From an uncultured bacterium (lineage in GTDB: Bacteria > Verrucomicrobiota > Kiritimatiellia > RFP12 > UBA1067), in the NCBI GenBank assembly GCA_902799385.1, contig CADCAK010000004.1:7448-71447 (forward strand): a DNA stretch of 64,000 nt. The letters are read 5' to 3'. Shown piece by piece: positions 59,099 through 64,000 of this stretch; the first letter of the stretch is position 1, and the number at the start of each line of letters is the position of its first letter. Under the pieces are notes generated by a model. That model had not been told where the DNA came from, made no database searches, and was given only the letters and a program-made list of their open reading frames with translations. The position numbers were made by a program, and so were the translations under genes.

Positions 59099-60459
59099 AG
59101 ACGAAGAAGACGATCACCGACTCCACCGTCGATCCCGACATCCTCGCCTACACGGTGGGCGACGATCCCGTTCTCGACCTTGCGCTCGCGAAGTGGGACT
59201 GCATGGGCACCGCCGCGCACGTGACGATGCTCTCGGAGATGAAGGGCCTCAAGCGCCCCGTTGTCACGAAGCAGGAGGCCGCGAAGGTGAGGAAGGCGCT
59301 TGGCCGCGTCGTCGCGCTTGCGGAGAAGGGGAAGTTCGCGATCCGGGAAGACGACCAGGACGTACACATGGCCGTCGAGCGCCTTCTTACCGAGGAACTC
59401 GACGACCTCGGCAAGAAGATACACACGGGCCGCAGCCGCAACGACCAGGTCGCGGTGGACGTGCGGCTGCACATGAAGGATGAGATACTCGCTGCGGAAG
59501 GCGAGCTTGGCGCCCTCGCCGCCGAGCTCTGCTACTTCGGATGGTGCGCCGGCGCAATCCCGCTCGTCGGGCGCACGCACCTTCAGCCGGCCATGCCGTC
59601 CACCGTCGAGATGTGGGCGACAGGCCACGCCGAGATGGCGCTCGACCAGCTTGCGAACCTCGAGGCGGCCTACGCGCTCGCCGACGCGAACCCGCTCGGG
59701 AGCGCCGCAGGCTACGGCGTTCCGCTGCCGCTCGACCGCGCTCGCACGACGAAGCTCCTCGGCTTCTCGCGCACGATCCACAACTGCTTCGGCGCTTCTA
59801 TGGCGCGCGGCGAATGCGAGGCGGCGCTTCTTTCGGCGCTCGCGCAGCTGATGGCCGTCCTCTCGCGCCTCGCCGAGGACATGATTCTCTTCTCGATGCC
59901 CGAGTTCGCATACTTCCGCCTGCCGCGCGAGTACTGCACCGGCTCGTCGATAATGCCGCAGAAGTTCAATCCCGACGTCCTCGAGCTCGTCCGCTCGAAG
60001 GCGGCGCAGGTACTCGGGCTCCAGACGGCTTCGTTATCGCTTCTCCACGCGATGCCGGGCGGGTACAACCGCGACCTCCAGGACTGCAAGTGGCTCTACA
60101 TGAAGGGGCTCGACATCACGCGCACGACGCTGAGGATTCTCGCGAAGGTTGTCAAGGGCATGAAGGTCGATCCCGCCGCGTGCCGCGCCGCGTTCACGCC
60201 GGGCGTCTTCGCGACCGACGTCGCGCTCCGCAAGGTGGCGAAGGGCACGCCGTGGCGCGACGCATACCACGACGTCCGCGACCATCTTGGACAGCTCGAC
60301 GCCGAGGACCCCGACATGGCCGTCGCCCTGAAGAAGCACGAGGGCACGTGCCTCGGGCTCGACCATGATCTCTACCGCTCGCGCATCGCCGCCGCCTGCG
60401 AATCGGCGGATAGGCGTCGCCGCGAACTTGATGCAAACTGCCGGAGGCTGCTGAAATGA
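59095..60459 (+). CDS. argH: Argininosuccinate lyase
   Basis: Motifs DVH..VE..L, KIHTGRSRNDQV, THLQ.A.P, PLGSAA, TGSSIMPQK.NPD and GYNRDLQ. Confidence 0.95.
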   Translation: MKTKKTITDSTVDPDILAYTVGDDPVLDLALAKWDCMGTAAHVTMLSEMKGLKRPVVTKQEAAKVRKALGRVVALAEKGKFAIREDDQDVHMAVERLLTEELDDLGKKIHTGRSRNDQVAVDVRLHMKDEILAAEGELGALAAELCYFGWCAGAIPLVGRTHLQPAMPSTVEMWATGHAEMALDQLANLEAAYALADANPLGSAAGYGVPLPLDRARTTKLLGFSRTIHNCFGASMARGECEAALLSALAQLMAVLSRLAEDMILFSMPEFAYFRLPREYCTGSSIMPQKFNPDVLELVRSKAAQVLGLQTASLSLLHAMPGGYNRDLQDCKWLYMKGLDITRTTLRILAKVVKGMKVDPAACRAAFTPGVFATDVALRKVAKGTPWRDAYHDVRDHLGQLDAEDPDMAVALKKHEGTCLGLDHDLYRSRIAAACESADRRRRELDANCRRLLK

Positions 60460-61190
60460 ACAAGTTGCTTGAAGTCGAAGACCTGCACGTGAAGTACGGC
60501 TCGTTCGAGGCCGTAAAGGGAGTTTCGTTTTCGCTTGGCGAGGGCGAGATGCTTGGCATAGTCGGCGAGTCCGGCTCCGGGAAGTCCACGATCGCGAAGA
60601 CGCTCGTGGGGCTTGAACGGCCCTCGTCTGGAAGGATATCGCTCGCGCCGGGCATCGGCCTGCAGATGATATTCCAGGACGCGGTCGGCTCGCTGAACCC
60701 GCGCATGACCGTCCGCCAGATGCTCGACGAGACGCTGCGGCACGCGGCGCGGAAGTCGGGGCAGGCATCCCTCGACGTCAAGGGTGCCGCAGACGCCGGA
60801 GGGCTCGTCTCCCTCGTGGGCCTGTCAAGGGCGGTGCTTGACCAGTATCCCCGCGAGCTCTCGGGCGGGCAGTGCCAGCGCATTTCGGTCGCGCGCGCAC
60901 TCGCGTGCCGTCCGAAGGTGCTCATTGCAGACGAGCCGGTCTCGGCGCTCGACGTGTCCGTGCAGGCCCGCGTACTGAACCTCCTGCGTGACTTGAGGCG
61001 CGACCTCGGGCTTTCCATCGTTCTCGTGGCGCATGACCTCGCCGTCGTGAAGAATGTCTGTGACAACGTGTGCGTCATGGAAAAAGGCCTTTTCGTCGAT
61101 GCGGGGACCTCCGAAGAGGTATTTGCGAACCCCAAGAGCGAATATACGAAACATTTGCTTGCGGTCGTTCCCAAAATCCCCGTTTTTTGA
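60456..61190 (+). CDS. Oligopeptide/dipeptide-type ABC transporter ATP-binding protein
   Basis: Motifs GIVGESGSGKST, QMIFQD..SLNPR, YP.ELSGGQ.QR and ADEPVSALDVSVQA. Confidence 0.9.
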   Translation: MNKLLEVEDLHVKYGSFEAVKGVSFSLGEGEMLGIVGESGSGKSTIAKTLVGLERPSSGRISLAPGIGLQMIFQDAVGSLNPRMTVRQMLDETLRHAARKSGQASLDVKGAADAGGLVSLVGLSRAVLDQYPRELSGGQCQRISVARALACRPKVLIADEPVSALDVSVQARVLNLLRDLRRDLGLSIVLVAHDLAVVKNVCDNVCVMEKGLFVDAGTSEEVFANPKSEYTKHLLAVVPKIPVF

Positions 61191-61196
61191 TATAAT
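61188..61196 (+). promoter_or_regulatory. Extended -10 element (TGATATAAT) 8 nt before ATG 61205
   Basis: TATAAT at 61191-96, no Shine-Dalgarno sequence. Confidence 0.5.
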
Positions 61197-61204
61197 CCAC
61201 TCAA

Positions 61205-62440
61205 ATGGCCGAAAGTATACAGATCGTCGCCTACGAAGGCGGCGTGTTGCGTCCGCTTGGCGTGGAAATTGTTCCTGGCGAGGCGGTGCTGGCTCTGCCG
61301 TTGTCGAAGCTTGTCGTCAAGATGGTGCGGGTGGCAGAGGGCGAGGACGCCGTCGAAGTGGCGTCGAAGGCGCTTGCGGCCGTTTCGCCGTTTCCCGACG
61401 AGCCGCTGACGGTGTCGTGCGAGGTCGTGCGCGAGACCGAACAGGGGCGCATAGTCCTCGCGGCGGCTCTTCCGGAGGGCGCGGCGGACGACATCGCGGA
61501 TGCGCTCGACGCCGCGAAGTTGAACGTGACGCGGGTGGACGTACTCGCGCTCGGCGAGTTGCGCGGGCTGTGGCCGCAGCTTTCCAGCGGGCGCACCGGC
61601 GCCCGGCAGCTCGTTCTTCTGAAGGGCGCCGACTGCCTGTCGCTGTTTGTCCTCGACGGTGGCCAGCCGTCCGCAGTCCGCGCGATAACTTCGGAGGGGG
61701 ACCTTCGCCGCGAAGTCATGCTGTCGCTTCTCGAGGCGGAGGATTTCGGCGGCGCGAAGCCTCTTGACGAGATCGCCGTCGTAGGCGATGTGGACACTTC
61801 GGAAATCGGGCAGTTTGCGCCCGTGCGCCGCCTTGAGGCGGAGGGCGACCGCGTCGCGCTCGCCCTCAGGGGTGTCGAGGAGCGCGCCGGCGAGCAGTCT
61901 TCGATGGACGTCTTGCCTGCGAGCTGGCGCGAAGTGCTTGAGGAGACCCGCTTCAAGGCCAAGCTCAAGAGGTTCCTTGCCGTTTCCTGCGGAATATGGG
62001 CGCTCGTAATGGCGGTACTCTTCGGCGTGCCGTTCGTGTTTGGGCTTCTCACCGACCGCCAGAAGAGCCTGTGCAAAGACCATTCGCGCCAGTACAAGTC
62101 CGTCCTCGCGATGAAGGAGAAGGTGGACCTCGTGCGCAAGTATTCCGACCATGCGCGCGGCGCCCTTGAGACGATGAAGATGGTTTCCGACCTTCTGCCG
62201 CTGCCGGAGGGTAGCGACACTTCCTGCATCGAGCTCAATTCATGGAACTTCAAGCGCGAAGACGGCGTCAGGATCACCGGCGAGGCGGACTCCGCCGAGC
62301 TTGTCTACCAGTTCAAGGACGCGCTCACGGAGTGCGGGCTGTTCGCGCAGGTCAACCTGCAGGGCGGGGTGTCGGCCGTCAAGGGCGGCCGCCAGCGCTT
62401 TGACATCGACTGCCGGTTCGAAGGGGAGGAGGCCGAATGA
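61205..62440 (+). CDS. GspL/PilN-like inner-membrane platform protein
   Basis: Degenerate actin-like cytoplasmic part, DVLP.SW, a TM helix, then a ferredoxin-like V.ITGEA...VY.F...L..F..V segment. Upstream of GspM-like and GspD-like genes. Confidence 0.65.
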   Translation: MAESIQIVAYEGGVLRPLGVEIVPGEAVLALPLSKLVVKMVRVAEGEDAVEVASKALAAVSPFPDEPLTVSCEVVRETEQGRIVLAAALPEGAADDIADALDAAKLNVTRVDVLALGELRGLWPQLSSGRTGARQLVLLKGADCLSLFVLDGGQPSAVRAITSEGDLRREVMLSLLEAEDFGGAKPLDEIAVVGDVDTSEIGQFAPVRRLEAEGDRVALALRGVEERAGEQSSMDVLPASWREVLEETRFKAKLKRFLAVSCGIWALVMAVLFGVPFVFGLLTDRQKSLCKDHSRQYKSVLAMKEKVDLVRKYSDHARGALETMKMVSDLLPLPEGSDTSCIELNSWNFKREDGVRITGEADSAELVYQFKDALTECGLFAQVNLQGGVSAVKGGRQRFDIDCRFEGEEAE

Positions 62441-62973
62441 ACAACAAGTCGCTTCGTGAAAAGGCGGTGCTTGCCGGCGTGGGCGTTGTCGCGCTCTACG
62501 CCCTTGCCGCAGTCCTGTGGTTCATAAGCCAGGAGGACGCGTGGAAGAAGTCGGCGAAGGCGTATGACAAGGCCAAGAAGACGTACGAGGCGGAGCGCAA
62601 GCTCATAGGGGAGCGCCAGAAGTGGAACGATGCCTACGAGGAGGAAAAGGCGCAGATGCCGACGTTCGCGTTCGGCAAGGTGACGGACACGACGTGGCAG
62701 CGCAAGATGGACGAGCTCGCCGAGAGGCACCACATCACGATCTCCCAGCGGCAGCCCGGCAAGGAGGTCGAAAAAGGCGACGTCCTTGAGCTTCCCATCG
62801 AGGTCAAGAATTGGGAGGGTGCACTTGAGTCGCTCGTCAAGTTCATGCATGAGCTCGAAAACACTTCCGACGGGATGTTCGACGTGGGGTACTTGAATTT
62901 CAAGCCCAGTTCGAAGAAGGGCTATCTGAAAGGGTCGTTCACGCTGACCTGCGCATACATGAGGGAGGAATAG
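62437..62973 (+). CDS. GspM/PilO-like protein
   Basis: SLREK followed by a TM helix and coiled coil, plus a G.LE.LV.F...LE motif. Confidence 0.65.
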   Translation: MNNKSLREKAVLAGVGVVALYALAAVLWFISQEDAWKKSAKAYDKAKKTYEAERKLIGERQKWNDAYEEEKAQMPTFAFGKVTDTTWQRKMDELAERHHITISQRQPGKEVEKGDVLELPIEVKNWEGALESLVKFMHELENTSDGMFDVGYLNFKPSSKKGYLKGSFTLTCAYMREE

Positions 62974-62977
62974 TCTT

Positions 62978-64000
62978 ATGAAGAAAACGCTTGTCTGCAG
63001 CATCGCGCTGCTTGCCTTTGCCATGGCGTACGCGCAGGAGGCGGGACCGGCCCGTTCTCTGCGGGCGCTCCGCCAGAACAGGTTGCGTTCTGCGTCTGGC
63101 GCTGCGTCTGGCGCTACGTCGCCTGCTGCCGCGCCTGCCGCCGCGCCCGCCGCCGCGCCGTCCACCGGTTCCGCCGCCGATCCGGCCGCCGCTTCCGCGT
63201 CGGCGTCCGATGCCGACGCCGAGTCTAGGGGGGCGCCGGCCCTCAACTGGGACGCCACGCCGGTCGACATCGTGTTCCAGACTTATGGCGAGCAGGTCGG
63301 GAAGACGATCCTGAAGGATCCGTCCGTTCCGAACGCCACGATCACGCTGAAGTCGCGCGAGGGGCAGAAGCTCACCAAGGAAAAATACCTCGAGGCGATA
63401 GAGGTCGTGCTCGAGATGAACGGCATCCACATCGAGCCATACGGGGACGGGGAGGATTTCCTGCGCGCCGTTCCGCGCGGCAAGGCCCGCAAGGAAGGCA
63501 TCCCGCTCTACATGGATATGCTCGACGTCCCCAAGGAGGCGATGGACGGCAAGGTCATCTCCGTGTGGTTCTCGTTCAAGAACATCGCGACCGACGAGGC
63601 GCAGAAGGCCCTCGAGGGCTTCAAGTCCGACACGGGCGTCCTTAACGTCTTCGAGCGCACGAACTCGATCGTCGTCACCGACACGTGGCAGAACATCAAG
63701 CGCATGGACGAGATCGCGAAGTCGATCGACATCTCGTCGCCCGTCTTCGAGCAGGTGTTCATCTACCAGGTCGAGAACGCCTCGGCGAACGACATCAAGA
63801 CGGCCCTCGAGCAGATAGTCCAAGAGTCGCAGAAGGAGCAGGAGAAGAACGGCAAGGCCGTGCAGAACGGCGCACAGCCCAACATCGTCCGTCCGACCTC
63901 GCTTGGCGGTGGCAGGCTTCTCCGCCCGGGCCAGCCCGAGCCGCCGAAACCCGTCGAGTCGACCGTGACGGCCATGTCGGACGCCGACCGCGGGATGATA
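62978..64000 (+). CDS. gspD: GspD-like secretin, N-terminal part (runs off the window)
   Basis: Not in the ORF track because it has no stop here. Reads MKKTLVCSIALLAFAMAYAQ (signal peptide), an Ala/Pro linker, N0-like LNWDATPVDIVFQTYGEQVGKTILKDPSV, and Secretin_N-like ERTNSIVVTD...NIKRMDEIAKSID and YQVENASANDI. Confidence 0.8.
   Translation, partial: MKKTLVCSIALLAFAMAYAQEAGPARSLRALRQNRLRSASGAASGATSPAAAPAAAPAAAPSTGSAADPAAASASASDADAESRGAPALNWDATPVDIVFQTYGEQVGKTILKDPSVPNATITLKSREGQKLTKEKYLEAIEVVLEMNGIHIEPYGDGEDFLRAVPRGKARKEGIPLYMDMLDVPKEAMDGKVISVWFSFKNIATDEAQKALEGFKSDTGVLNVFERTNSIVVTDTWQNIKRMDEIAKSIDISSPVFEQVFIYQVENASANDIKTALEQIVQESQKEQEKNGKAVQNGAQPNIVRPTSLGGGRLLRPGQPEPPKPVESTVTAMSDADRGMI

Overview
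High-GC bacterial chromosomal window. Gene content suggests the PVC superphylum, most likely Kiritimatiellia (inference from an Amuc_1098-1102-like pilus/secretin cluster and DxDGDG-repeat giant proteins). In order it contains: the 3' ~20.5 kb of a giant (>6800 aa) acidic repeat protein; ackA, pta and kdsD; a five-gene Amuc_1102-1098-like cluster; coaE and rho; an InlB B-repeat surface protein; uvrA; a large secreted C10 cysteine protease; recA; two convergent tRNA-Ser genes; nagA; a PKS-like locus; ettA; argH; an orphan ABC ATPase; and the start of a second GspL/M/D-like secretion cluster. The most striking observations are these. (1) A ~180-245 nt hairpin-rich repeat is inserted in frame, in the same frame and orientation, four times inside housekeeping genes (kdsD, coaE, uvrA twice), with a modular heptamer/mini-hairpin 3' arm. 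(2) A split PKS-like locus has KS, AT and DH domains that all lack catalytic residues and no ACP, but ends in an apparently intact Sfp-type PPTase, followed by a minimal KamA-like radical SAM gene. (3) Exported proteins share a C-terminal motif and are rich in T/S-N dipeptides. (4) MITE-like inverted elements flank pta. (5) Several genes look leaderless. All calls come from reading the sequence by eye; no database searches were run.
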